A stretch of 64,000 nt of DNA, taken from NCBI GenBank assembly GCA_965645245.1, contig OZ287072.1, positions 1,364,001 through 1,428,000 of the forward strand. Direction: 5' to 3'. How positions within the stretch are numbered: the first letter of the stretch is position 1; the number at the start of each line of letters is the position of its first letter. This document shows positions 13,806-25,876 of this stretch, piece by piece. Position numbers and translations under genes: made by a program. A model generated the notes under the pieces. It was not told where the DNA came from and made no database searches. It saw only the letters and a program-made list of their open reading frames with translations. This DNA comes from Massalongia carnosa. Taxonomy: Eukaryota.

Positions 13806-13941
13806 AAGGCATATTGAGTAATGAGGAGCGTTATCAAATAGTGAATGCCTAGACGGATTCTGTAGCTGGAGAAAGGATTTACTTACTTATACATAGGAAG
13901 AGGATCGCGACCATTCTTGGGGTTAAAGGGAGGAAACCCCG

Positions 13942-13958
13942 ACGCGCCTGGAACGCGA
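13942..13958. promoter_or_regulatory. Two MCB-like (ACGCG) cell-cycle elements upstream of ECO1
   Basis: ACGCG at 13942 and ACGCGA at 13953, about 140 bp upstream of the ECO1 ATG; ECO1 is an S-phase gene. Confidence 0.45.
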
Positions 13959-14169
13959 ATTAGACGGCTGACTTAACCATCCAGCGAGAGGGACTCATAT
14001 TCACCCCCATTTGCAACACGCTAATTGGTACACACTAAGTACCCAAGAGTAGGTAATATTCCAATCCTCTAATACTATTTAAGTCGTTTTGTTATAGTAA
14101 GATGAACACGAGTATAGTGACAGAACTGCTTTAGTAGTTAGCGTGCTGCAAATCGGAGTAGGTGATGCC

Positions 14170-14330
14170 AAAAAAACCCTTGGTCACACCTGGATTCGAA
14201 CCGGGGTCCAAAATGACAAAAGGGCAACGAAATACTCGCCCTCAATCAAGGAATAGATCCCCAGAGCAGGTAGACACGTCTAATGATCGCCTCAGAATTT
14301 AGCAATTTACTTCATGGCCACTAGATCACG
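14170..14330 (-). ncRNA. tRNA-like Pol III element (tRNA pseudogene or uncharacterised ncRNA)
   Basis: Minus strand: A-box-like TGATCTAGTGG (14328-14318), perfect B-box GGTTCGAATCC (14202-14192) in a T-arm, acceptor-like TGTGACCA, then a T7 terminator (14176-14170). No full cloverleaf can be formed. Confidence 0.5.
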
Positions 14331-14803
14331 TTGTGTCTCTGTCGACATTGGGCTCTGCTAATTAGAAAATCTATTATTGACTAATCTAGTCTTCAAATTA
14401 GGACTAGCTAATCACGATATACATCTTCCATTTACAGTTCTATTGCTACATAGAGTAGCCCATGTAACTAATCGTTTTTTATGGTTTTTGCCAGTCTTTG
14501 AAAACTCACCGTTTTCTACCAAACCAACGCTAATCAAAGATTACCTTTGTTCAATGTCAAACATGAATAGAGGACTAATGGTCTTGCATAATGCTGGGCA
14601 AATTGAGGGGTAATATAGTTAGCTGAGATTTGGCCTGCCATCATACCTGTTTCTTACAAAACAGTCAATTGTTACAGTAAACCTTCATATACTTGACAGC
14701 CAAAATAAATACCTAGTTACGTTATACAATTGAGCGCTTATATACTAGTCAAGAGAATGAGATCAAAGAACTCTCTGGGACAGCCAGGTCCCTCACCGGC
14801 GAC

Positions 14804-15127
14804 ATGGTCGGTCCGGAGGTGCTGGAGTCCGCATGGATGGAATTATCGGATACACCGTCTTATCACCAGAAGAAAATGGCTGATGAATATTCAAGTTATC
14901 AATTCGCCATGCCGAGCGATCTCTCTTTGTCGAATACCTCCATTCCTCTTCCTGAACGAACGAAGCTTCTGAGCACCAAGTTACGGCTAGAGCAGCCAGA
15001 GTAGCATGGGATTGACGAAGATGTAGTGCTCAGCCTGCTGGAGCTAAGCGAATACGATCGCGTTGAAGTCTTGAGCAAGCTCACAGCAGCCGAAGTGGAA
15101 GAGCTGCTGGAGATGTTTGAAGCTTGA
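14804..15127 (+). pseudogene. Small acidic ORF interrupted by one in-frame TAG
   Basis: A 66-aa ORF ends at TAG 15002-15004, but the same frame continues HGIDEDVVLSLLELSEYDRVEVLSKLTAAEVEELLEMFEA* to 15127. Confidence 0.35.
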
Positions 15128-15212
15128 GTGGCTCAGGGCGAGGAGATAGATCTATTGAAGGGTTAAAATTGACCGTTTCAGGAAAACTCCACTGTGCACG
15201 AAGCTCGTTCAC

Positions 15213-16295
15213 TCAACCGAAGGGAAGGAAACACACATGTAAGTCAGGCAAACCTTTTACCTCGAATATACGCACGGCGTCGATAACACACCCCCGACTC
15301 CAGTCGCCTTTAAATCCCCCTATCCAGCGGCCCTTGGTCCGCCAATCTTTAACCGCCCCTTCCCCCCTTCCTCCCAAATATTCCCCCCTGCTTCTCTCTA
15401 TTACCATATCCGCCCTTCACACGCCGTCCTCCACTACCTATCTAAATCCCACCCCCATCCCCTCTCCTAGTTCCTACCTTCACCAAAATCCCAAATTCAC
15501 CCCGTTTCTGAAAAATCCAAACACCCTCTCCGCCAGCTCACTGGGGAAGTTTCGGATTATAATCGTATTTATCCCTCTTCCACACGTCACATCTCAACCC
15601 TCAACCCTCATTCATCTTTTCAGAAATTTGAAGTTCCCATCGAAAAGCAATACTCGTCCAAGGGTTATCTCAACTCTCAAACCCAACTCCAACGATGAAT
15701 GCGCATGTTTGTCTAAGGCAGCCTGCGCGGTCGCGAAAGAGCGCATATTGATAAACTTAAGACTCTTGCGCTGAAATATGGCGGATGGTGGTGATTACCT
15801 AGCAGGTGAAAACAAATCTCTGATGACGCTGCATGATAGATATATCTGTAGCTACTCCTGTCCCCCTCCCCCCCAAAATCTCCATCTCTTTAACCCCACA
15901 CTCGCATCTTAGCTCATCTTTACTCCTAACCCCCCTTCCTAATTTCCCCTCCTATTTTTGCCATTCAAATCCTCGTCTTTTTCTGCGTCTTCTACCTTGT
16001 AGCATTTCTCTTAAGAAATGTATAAAAAACATTTCGACCTGCTACCCCATCGGTCTAAATCCGAACTTTGCCTATTTCTCATCCATTTGCTCGTCGAAAG
16101 GGTTGTTTAAGTAAGAGACTCCCGAAAGCGCTAGATAATTGCGAGTAAGAAACTAAGCAAGCAGCACCGAGTGCTGAAAGGAAGGGCTACTTGATAAGAG
16201 CCTCTTAATATGGATCTTTTGGCTCTTGGTGATGAGGTTGAGTTAACCTGTTTTTTAGGAGCGTTGGGGGGGGGGGGGTTTGGTAGTTTCGGCAT
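15213..16295 (-). pseudogene. Decayed coding-like sequence of unknown family
   Basis: Minus-strand frames read as protein-like text with scattered TGA/TAG stops (e.g. GRVLLFDGNFKFLKR*MRVEG*DVTCGRGINTIIIRNFPSELAERVFGFF; YLNNPFDEQMDEK*AKFGFRPMG*QVEMFF). Confidence 0.3.
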
Positions 16296-17753
16296 ATTTG
16301 ATTATTACTTAGCCAATTAGTCAGTCAATCAGGTATCTCCTTTTTCCAAGTAATGACTATATAGGAGTATAATGGTTGTTAAAGATTTGATGTACCAGAG
16401 AGAGAAAACAGCATTGTAATCATGTCCCGTTCCTGGGTGGAATTCTACACGAGGTTGACTGATCGAATTGCGGTGAGCACCAATGTCCTATTATGGAAGC
16501 ACGCCGCTGGGCTGATCCAGGCATCAACGAAGACACGGGGGATTGGTGAGCTCGTAAAAGCAAGTCAGTATCATCGTTGCGAGTGTTTTCATTTGGCCCC
16601 TCGGTCATGAGCATCCTTAAAGCTAGGCTCGATTTTATGACTGACTAATAATGTCTACCAAGCAAAACATGTAGAGAGCTTCCTTCGGCATATCAGATTC
16701 ATGGCTGTTGCCACTTCTGGCAGGGGGAGTGATGGCCTCTGAGGCGAAATCCCGAAAACCTGGTTAGCTGATGGATGAACTCTTAAAAGCTTGTTGAGGA
16801 AAAAAAGCAAGCGATCATTTCTCAACACCCTCCAGCTGGTTTACAAATCTGACGATGGGATCCAGCGCGGCAGGTGATTAGGGGGTACAGAATCATGGGA
16901 GGTCCCTTGGCTGCGGGGACTGCCCTGTACTCCTCCATCCTCAACGCTCAGTGCAGAACCGCTTGCTTGTGTTCCTGCAAGCCACACCCGGATATCCGTT
17001 ATCACATGAGTGGCTTCGTGGAAGTTTTAGACAATGTCCATTCGGCTCGCGCGTGGGCAGAGGTCATGGTCAGGCTGCATCTTAGCGACATGGGCAATTC
17101 TCCTGATAGTGGATTTGGCTTCCATTTATCTCTTACTTGGCGGATTTTCCTATAGGAAATACGTGTAATAATTCTCGAGAATTATCCTGGACCCAGTGGA
17201 TCAGGACGCTCCTTGAACAGGAGGAATCCTGATGAGGAGTCTTCCTTTCTCAAAGTCTGCGAAGTGACTCCAAGGTTGCTAAAGTTGTTATAGAACGAGA
17301 AAAGATGTATCAGGTCATGTCCGATCTACTCCGACCTTTGGCCTAACAACATACGACCCAAACGAGTTGTGGTATTTGAAGGTCACAAAGAAACTCATGC
17401 GGCCAATGAATTCGTATCCTATTATGGAATAGTATGATCAAACGCTGGAACTTTGTTGTGTTAGCAGCAGCTAAGCCGAGCGAGCGCTATGATTTTCGGC
17501 CCCAATATAATGTGCCCCATACTTTATCACTGCTTCTTTTTATAGTATTATTCTGACGGCAAGCGATGAAAACGATATCAAAGCAATCGAGCACATCTTC
17601 ATTGTGGCAAGTGCTATGTCTTTTCTTGATCTAAAGATGTAAATGACGCCAGGCGAAAAGAAAAAGCCAGCGAAAGAGCTGCTAAACAAGATCTACGTAT
17701 AGATGGTGCTTCGTTGTTGTTTCTTTTTCGCGCCTTTCTCCCCAAAAACCATC

Positions 17754-18607
17754 CTACCAAGGAACACCGTACAAGGGTTCCACCAGTGGTGTACCAGGCG
17801 CGGCAGCCGGAGCATCATGAAGCGGAAGCGGGGCAAGATTGTTATCAACTGGATCCCCGTTTTCGTTGACCTGAGGAACTTCGGTTCCTGGGAGGTGGTC
17901 TCTCAAAGGTATAGGATGTTGCTGGGGTTTTTTCTGTCTCACAGGTTGTATACAATCATCACCGGGAGTTTGGGGGTGTCCTTCCTTGTGAAAACAGCAC
18001 GCAAAATAGTCGCAAGTCCATCTTGCCGCCCAGAGGGACGTCCACCAGTAACATTTGCGATACTTGCTCATCAAATAGGCCTCGCAACAGGCCAGTTTTC
18101 TGAAACGAGGCTTCTTAGGCGCATGCTGATTTACTTCTTTCCCTCCTTCTTCCGGTGGACACTCGGCCCATCTGCTAGGGGGAAACGTATCCCAAGGGTT
18201 ACCCATATCGGCCAAGCGAAAGGGCTCGTCCATTGCCTGATCGGAATTGGCGGTATCAATTAAGTTCTCGGAGATAGGTATAATCGCTGAAGCTGTTAAG
18301 CACGCTCAGTATGCGTTCATACTTTGGAGATTGGGGTGGACGAAGTTGCAATACCATAGCCATTAGTGATAGGGACTGAATCGGCCGGAGGCAAAGGGGT
18401 TGAATCGACCGAAGCTTCCAGCTCTTTCTGATAATCTGTGTTGATCGAAGGGTATCCGGAATAATCGAGGCCTGGATTGGCTTTGGCGAAGATATCTCCG
18501 GAACTGCCACCATTCTCCATAGGCAAAGCTGGAGCGGAGGAATCGTGTGAAGCTTGGGAAAGACGTTCACCTACCACAGTGAGGAACATAAGAGAGACAA
18601 AGTGCAT
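17754..18607 (-). CDS. Small secreted cysteine-rich protein (8 Cys, C-CC-C-C-CC-C)
   Basis: ATG 18607 gives the hydrophobic start MHFVSLMFLTVV; a phase-1 intron GTATTG...CTTAACAG (about 18354-18293) joins ORF 18317..18679 to the frame of ORF 17754..18233; acidic low-complexity spacer followed by an 8-Cys domain. Confidence 0.7.
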
Positions 18608-20329
18608 CTTGAAACGCGAGATCTGCTCGCGATAAATCCAAGGAAAGGTATTGTCTCTCGCCAGTCTGCGAAGAGCCAAAAGAGCAAAGGTTGCGCCGTT
18701 ATTTGCCCATTTTGCAAACGGGTTGATGTCGGCTTCTCGTGCCTTAGCGCAAAGAGAAACTTAAGATCGGAGCAGATGACATGGAGCAACGGAGACGGCA
18801 CGGCAGATGCCGACTTGTTGAGAAACTAAACTCAAGCTCAAAGCTTATGAGCGAAACTTGATGTGGGCATTAAATCAAACCGCAGTTGAAGAAACGAACA
18901 GAATAGCAACATACGAAGCAAGAAAGACATCAAGAAACAAACATGTGCATGCGTTTCAAACCCCTATATAATCCCCAAACTTTGTTTTGTCTGCAACTAT
19001 AACAGCTCTATTGACTAACCAAGGGGTGGGCCCGAAGAATCTACTAGGCAACAGTCTAGACTTTCGATGAGTGTATCAGAGTCAGTGGTGCATAGAGAGT
19101 GTAAGCGAAAGCTCGCAAACCATGACCGATAACCGTGCAGAGATAGATGGATGGTACATATCGTGTGGGATTGCTCTGCCGCGTGCTTACCCTTTAATCC
19201 GCTCAAGCGCGCGAACTCGAAGACCGAAAAGAAAGGGGGGGGGGGGAAAGAGGGATGGGGAAATGGAGAAAGAAATTGGCGTGAATCAGATACTACAAGA
19301 AATGGAACAGTAACAGCATTAAACCGTTCTGGTGAGACTCTTGGCTCTAGACTGACAGAAGAGAGGGATATGAGTCTCTTTCTTGTTGCTGTAAGGTGAA
19401 GTGGACGGAGTGAGGTGAAAAGGAAAGGATCGGAGTGGAGAGATGATGGATTGAGGGGAGGGGATAGATGACTAAAGTGGGGTGTAGGATGACGATAATT
19501 GGTCCCATTAAGATCTCTTCCATTTGTCACCCTATCCATCATCACCCTACCGGTATTTCCATGCGCGCGGTGACGGCCCTGAATTAAGGACCGTTGATCT
19601 TATGAGATGAATGCCTGAAGAAGACAGACATGCTCGCTTTACAATCCTTGACTCGTCCGCTAAGCTGAGAATGCCCCCTCACTGCCCAATTAAACCCCGT
19701 TTTTTGACACTCCACCGCCACCGCTGGTCGCAAAGTAAATAAAGAAACCAACGCCCCCAATGCGTCCATGCTTCCCGCTGAATGCTGGACAATCCATCCA
19801 ATGATACAGGCAATCGTTCCTAAAGAAAACAAAAACTAGCGAATGTATGTTGACCTCCCCCTTCTCCTCTGCCTGGAAATGCAAGACCCCACGCTGATAT
19901 TAGGGGAAGAGGGGAAGGGGGAAAGGGGAAAGGAGGTCTTTAGGGTATGTGCAAGAGTGAGCGTTTTGTACAACCAGGTAAAAGCTTAGAGTATAGTAGA
20001 CAGTTGTGATATGGACAAGAAGAGAAGCGAATGTCGAGACGGAGATCCTTTAGGTGTCGAGTGCACCCAGACTCCAACTCGGCGCCCGAAAGCGAAAAGC
20101 GATGCTATTAGGTGTTACAACGGTTTATGTGAACAACAGCACGGCTGGTATCCAAAGCGAAAGGATGGTCGCGCGGGAGAACTCTATGTACTTTGAAGGT
20201 ACGTCGGTGAATATCATATTAGGTGAAGCGAAGGAAGTTCGTAACGCATGATCGTCAACTCATTAAACGAGGAGGATTCCACTCCGAGACCGCAGTGGAA
20301 GACAAAGGCTGGTCCAGCACGAATGAACG

Positions 20330-21809
20330 TTATCGCTGAGCCTCCGTATCCGAGTGAGAAGCTAAAGTCTCCCCTTCCCATAAGGATTGGCTCTCATCGT
20401 TACCTCTAGGGCTGATGGATCCAGATGAGATTGAAGACGACGAGCCGACGGTCCACTCATCCGCGTCCCCATGATGGCCAGGGTCCAGGTCCGCCAGAGC
20501 ATAGCCAGGTTCCGATGAGTCTTCGCCGACTTCGGCGTAGTCGTATTCCCAGCGGAAGGTCTTGTCTGGCTGTGCGCGTGGAAGGAATTTGGCCTTTGCG
20601 ATGTAGTAAATAACGCCGGCAACTAATATCCGTCAGCAATGATGGAATTGACAATGATTGGAGTTTTACTCACTCAAACTCCCACCAACCAAGTCCACTG
20701 CGTAGTGATGTGACAGGTACATGGTCGCCCACCAAAGCCACAGAGTATACGTAATGAAAAGCGGTCTCAGCCGGGGGAAAACATGCCCCATAAATAGTGC
20801 CTCCATCGTTGCACTTCCAGCATGCATGGACGGGAAAGCACCAAAGACCATAGGCGAACTCGAGAAACTTGGCCTGTACAACGCGATCCCAAAGAGGTCG
20901 TCTATCCTCGCCAAACCTGCTGGGGAGCCATGTATAGAATAATTTGCGGGCGCAAGCCCATAGAGGTTTTCATACCAGGGTGGCGAGCAAGGAAAAGCCA
21001 GCTGTATTAAGACACCAACGATGTTCATATACCCAAAGCTCTTTGCAAACACGGGGACCGTCCCTGGCGACGCAAATATGAACATGATGGCAGAGCACAC
21101 CACCGGCGCCCCAAAGTGACATATTCCGTAAGGAAGCCATGCCATAATATCGAGGAAGGTATTCTGATGAGCGGAGAGAATGTTGCTCAAGTTCGCGCCG
21201 TAGAAGATATTCTCGAGAGCCGGTAGGACTCGCACCCAAATTGGATTGCGCCATGTGCTCGGTATGAATCTGCATCAACGGGCGTGTTAGCCACTTGCGT
21301 ATCAAATCCGCCCTTGGTCACCGCTTCCACAACGTTCCGGGGGATCCGCTCTCTACCAACACCAAGAACAAGAAAGCTGTAACGTACCCACATGAATAAT
21401 AAAAGATAAGCCAAATGCCTATGGGCCAGAAAGGGAGGAAAAACTGTCGCGTGATCGGCAGGCTTATGGAGCCCAGTATGCCCAGAGCGATTCCTAGCTT
21501 GACGAGGGGAGATGCTGGGATCATGCAGAGCGCAAACACGATGAGGATGAGAAGTATCAGGTATTGCACATCGTAGAGAGACCAACGGTATGCGTGTAGC
21601 GAGCGGACCGTATCGGCCAGTGAAGCCGAGGTTTGAAGAGAGGCGAACGAGGACGAAGGTGATTGCCTACTCCGAATCTTTGACCGCAACTTCCGCCGTA
21701 TGCGGTGAGGGACGAGCGAATGGATTGACGACGGCCATGATAAGGGGAGTTTGGCTTTCGCGTAGGTGGTTTGGAAATCTTTCCGTGACGGAAAGGTAGT
21801 GGTTTTCAT
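20330..21809 (-). CDS. AUR1: Inositol phosphorylceramide synthase (aureobasidin A resistance); 3 exons
   Basis: VRVLPALENI, LPYGICHFGAP, PCSPPWYE, FGAFPSMHAG, ATMYLSHHYAVDLVGG; last exon ...RWEYDY...SLWEGETLASHSDTEAQR* ends at 20330. Confidence 0.96.
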
Positions 21810-22550
21810 GGCCAGAGGCCAGCTGAATCAGGGCTGGGGATATGCCCACGGAATCGTCCTTGTCGACCAACCCAGCGCGCGCAGCAGGAGTAAGAAAATG
21901 TTGAAACGTTCTGCACGAATGAAAGAGAGACTTGACGGGCAAGACGAAGGCGTTCGAAGTGGGTGCCTGAGGGGTTCTCAATCAACGGTATTCCACTTTC
22001 GCAAAGCACACGAGCGTTGAGCTCATCGAACGCTGTAGACGGGTTCCGTGGACGATGGTAATCTGCGGAATGACGATTGTGGGAGGTGGATGGGAAACAG
22101 TCAGGGAAGAACTGGGTTGGAAGGGAGGAGGTAATCTTTTCGTAAAGTAGCTATCGCCAAGGTAATGTTGTGTAATAAGTTACAGAGTACAAAGTACATG
22201 GACTGGGGGGGAGGGAATCATTCAGAAGATCAAGACGAGAAAGGGAGCATTCAACTAACGTTAGTTTTAAGATAAGTCGTCTGTAGCGGCAGAGCAAATT
22301 GCATTGTACGTACTCCGTACATACTCTGAAGCAAATTGCATCAGCCACTCTTGGGGGGGGATTTTGTTGGTGCACCCCAAGCCCCGTGCTTACGGAAGCT
22401 CGAAAGCTCCAAAAAAGCTCTCCTCCCACTCCTCCCACTCCTCCCACACACCCTCCCAACTCGCCTTTGTAAGGTTCACGTCTACCGAGTACAGAATACT
22501 TTTGCAAGTTAATTTCGAATCTTTGAAAATTCGAAAATTCCTTCAAAGCC

Positions 22551-22642
22551 CCGTCATCCGTCATCCCTCATCCGTCATCCGTCATCCGTCATCCGTCATC
22601 CGTCATCGGCATCCGTCATCGCATCGCATCGCCTCGCATCGC
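22551..22642 (+). repeat. Compound microsatellite (CCGTCAT)n grading into (GCATC)n
   Basis: About 8 near-perfect heptamer copies then pentamer copies, read directly. Confidence 0.9.
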
Positions 22643-23479
22643 CCTAACATTTCACCATGCAAAGCGAAGACCAGAAACCGAACCGTCCCGACCGACTTTT
22701 CTTCCTTCGAATTTCCCGTAATCTTCAAGGGTATTATATCGTCTTGTAAAATTCACCGTTCGCGGTACTCCATGTCTGTACAGAGTACCCTACAGAGTAG
22801 TTACGTACTTCGCATCGATCGAGGTCAACTTCATTCAGAAACATGTGCTGCATAAACTAGGTCGTTGTACGTTAACCACGGTTTTTCAACCCAAATCCAT
22901 TTGAGATTGCCTCGCCACCCTTGCCACAGTCAGGAATCCCTCGGGAATGGAATATCATTCCGCCGATGGAAAAAAAAAAGCCCCTTCCTTCCCTATCTTT
23001 CGATTGCCGAGAGTGGTTATGAGTCACGAGCCGTCAAAATCCCGGATTCCGGCGATTGACAAAGGCCGAAGCGCCCCAAGGCCCTTCGCGTGGATTATTG
23101 GTCGCTCTCAACCTCCTTCTTGTTAAATTAACGTCATTGCGTAAAATTGCTCACGATCAACAAATTGTAAGTGTAATCAATCGTTTATATTCGGGCACGA
23201 TTTCTGGTACAAGAAGCGCCGAGGTATCACAAGTGGAGAAAGTATGCCAAAAGAATGAAGGCACTGCGTTCTCATCACCTTTGTGGTAATTACGTGTATC
23301 TAAAACTCCAGGCCAATCAGTCGCAGACGCACATGTGACGCCCGAATGCAGTAATCCCCAACTGATTGATCCATCCACCCAGCTCCTTTTATCGAACCCA
23401 ATACCAACGCCGTCCACCGTCGTCAAAGCCGACTCCACCCATGTGCTCAATCGCCAACAGCCGGACGATGTTTGGCTGG

Positions 23480-25876
23480 TCAAAGGCTGTCGAAAAACTT
23501 ATCCGAGCTCGCGTCCAGCCCGTCCTGCCACGGATTCTCCGAGGTGAAGGGATCTTCAAAGTGGTTCAAGAGGAACATTGGGTCCTTATTCAGGCTGGGC
23601 ATGGTGGGATCGTCGCCAAGGCTGTCCAGGAACATCTGCTCAACGTCATGATCCGAACATGATAGCATGAAGCTACTGCTCGAATCATGGTTTTGGGACG
23701 GGTGAGCGACTTGAGACGAGCTCGCTGCTGCGTCCGAGGTACCACCCAAGTCCAAGAAAGTGGACAGTACGGGGGATGAGGAAGAAATGTCTAGCTCTGG
23801 TGGGGTGCTATAGTAGTTTATTGAGCTTTCTCGGGACATCATGTGACTTGGGAGCATTTCCCGAGGTTCTTCCGGAATGCACATAATCTGAGGCGAAGGG
23901 CTCATGCTGACTCCCTTGGGTGTGTATGAATGATGCGAGCTCTGCGACGAGAAGAGCTGTTCCGTACTATGGCTTGGCGAAGTAGGTGGTGTATACGATA
24001 GGAAATCTGCCAAGTTTGCTTGCAAGGACACAATGTCCTCGAATGGGCTGGTTGTGCCTCGTGTCTCCATATCATCAAACCTGTACGGGGGGCTGGGGAT
24101 GGAGCCCTCGGACGAGCCGGATAAGGACGGGGGGTAGGCCCTTTCGAGAGCTCGTTGCCGGGTTTTGGCAGACTTTTCCAATCTCTTGTCAACATCTAGC
24201 CGTGATTTCTTAGGCCTCCCCCGTTTGATAGGTGTCTTTGAAATCCCTTCAAAGCCCCCGTCGCACGTATTGCGCTGTCTGTGTCTTGTCAAAGCATCAT
24301 GCCTTGCAAAAGTACGACCACATGGACAAGTATAGGGTTTTACGCCACTGTGAATCTTTGCATGGCGCTTCAAATCATGTTGTCGAACGAAGTCGTTACC
24401 GCAGACCTTGCAAATGAATTGCCGGTCACCAAGATGTGTTTGTACATGTGATTTGATATTCTCCTTCCGGCCAAAAGTTCTGGTACAGCCTGGAAAAATA
24501 CAAAGCCATTTGTTGTCTTCGGGTCGGGGGCCGTACATGAATGCAGCAATCTCCTCGGGGGTAATGCCAGTATCTTCAGTTGAAGTATCAAGTTCAAGCT
24601 CGGAGACAGATTGAGAAGTCGAATGCAAGAATTCCTCTGAACGCTGAGCTCTGGCATCTGAATCCGCTTGTGCGGTGGGTAAGTTGACTAGTTGTTCAGC
24701 GTTCAATGATGTAAGAATACTTTCTGCAGAATTTCCCTCTAAAGAAAAAGCATTTATCTCAGGAGACGATCGGAAGGACGAAACCGTCGAGGAGTAAGCA
24801 TTCGACATGGGCGAGCAATGTGAGAAGTTGCCATCCGTTTGACTTGTTTGGCTCGAGGAAATGTCAATCTTCATGCTTGACATATTGAAAAGTTCTAGCG
24901 GAGGAAAGGTTGTCGTATCTACCGAGTTTGAGAAGAACTGAAGTGAAGACTGTGAGCTGGGAGTCTCTGAAGGCTCCATCTTTATACTGAGTGCCTCCTG
25001 GCACGACTTGCCTCGCTTCATCGGGTGGGCAGCTTTGATGGTCATGTTCCGATCTCTTCTGATAGGCGAAGACCCTGCTGTACGGCTTCCAAACCCACAC
25101 TGTGTCTTCATGTTGTCTGAAAAAAGGGTTGGAGTAGGCGTTATGGGAAAGTAACCTTTTCCATCATTAGCAAAGCCCACTTTATAGGCTGATTAGAATA
25201 ATGGCTTACATGTATCAGTCTGGTTTGGAGGCGTGTACGGCCGCGAAACTTCTGCCTGACCTGCAAGCAGGGGGAACCTATCATCTGATATGGTTTCCTT
25301 ATTGAATGCTTCATCATTTGTTACTTTCTCACCAAGTTTTTCGCTCAGTGAATTTTTGGAGAGCCCAAATTCGAGACCTGACAAGTTTCCAGCGAACTTA
25401 GTCGACTCCAGTTGTTCAGTTTTATTGCTGTTATTATTTGTGTGAGATACTTGAAATTGTTGTTCTTCATTCCTATTTATTGCGGGCCATTGATCCATTA
25501 AACGATGGTGTTTGAGAGCGCTCAATTTACATACGAGATCGGATTTTGGCTGAATATCTTCCGAGGATCCGTTGATAGGGGTTTGTTGCTTCTGTTGTTG
25601 GCCCGGTCGAGCCTGTTTTTGCTGGGGCTGCTGCGTTTCTCGTAATTCATGCTGCTGATATCTTGTGGTGCTTACCGTTCTATCATCCTGCTGGTATGGT
25701 GATTTTTGCTGCTGAAAGTTAGTTGGCTGATCGAGGCTTAAACCTCGTCGATGGAATCCATGTTGTCGTGTGGTTGCAGGAAGAAGAGGAACCTTCAGGG
25801 TGTCGAAAGCCGCAGGCGTCGAGTTCTGTCGCCGGTGGTGTCCTACCGGAAGGCTGAAAGTCTGATTGGACAGCAT
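23480..25876 (-). CDS. Ace2/Swi5-like C2H2 zinc-finger transcription factor; 2 exons
   Basis: Three zinc fingers (CIFPGC...FGRKENIKSHVQTH, CKVC...FVRQHDLKRHAKIH, CPCGRTFARHDALTRH); N-terminal HRRQNSTP and HRRGLSLDQ (NDR/Cbk1-type H-x-R-x-x-S sites); intron at about 25215-25183. Confidence 0.88.

Noticed and set aside
14200..14275. U1 or U5 snRNA (CTACCTG, Sm-like site, GCCCTTTT)
   Set aside because: Too short; lacks ACTTACCTG, the ATTGCAC loop and the exact U5 GCCTTTTAC loop.
14170..14330. Amber-suppressor tRNA reading (TAAAT-TG-CTA-A places CTA at the anticodon) next to the TAG-interrupted ORF
   Set aside because: No U33, and the D and acceptor stems do not pair; the fold is forced and the adjacency is probably coincidental.
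15124..15774. 216-aa plus-strand ORF
   Set aside because: Non-ATG start; P/S/L/T-rich antisense shadow of C-rich sequence.
16370..17460. Possible further gene relic with splice-like signals
   Set aside because: No consistent frame or recognisable motif could be built.
19015..19900. 176-aa ORF and purine-rich tracts between the secreted-protein gene and AUR1
   Set aside because: Low complexity with no domain; no telomerase-template or snoRNA signature seen.
21667..22009. uORFs overlapping the AUR1 start
   Set aside because: The listed ORFs start at non-ATG codons; nothing supports translation.
22304..22855. 183-aa ORF with VIRHPSS repeats
   Set aside because: Artefact of translating the heptamer microsatellite.
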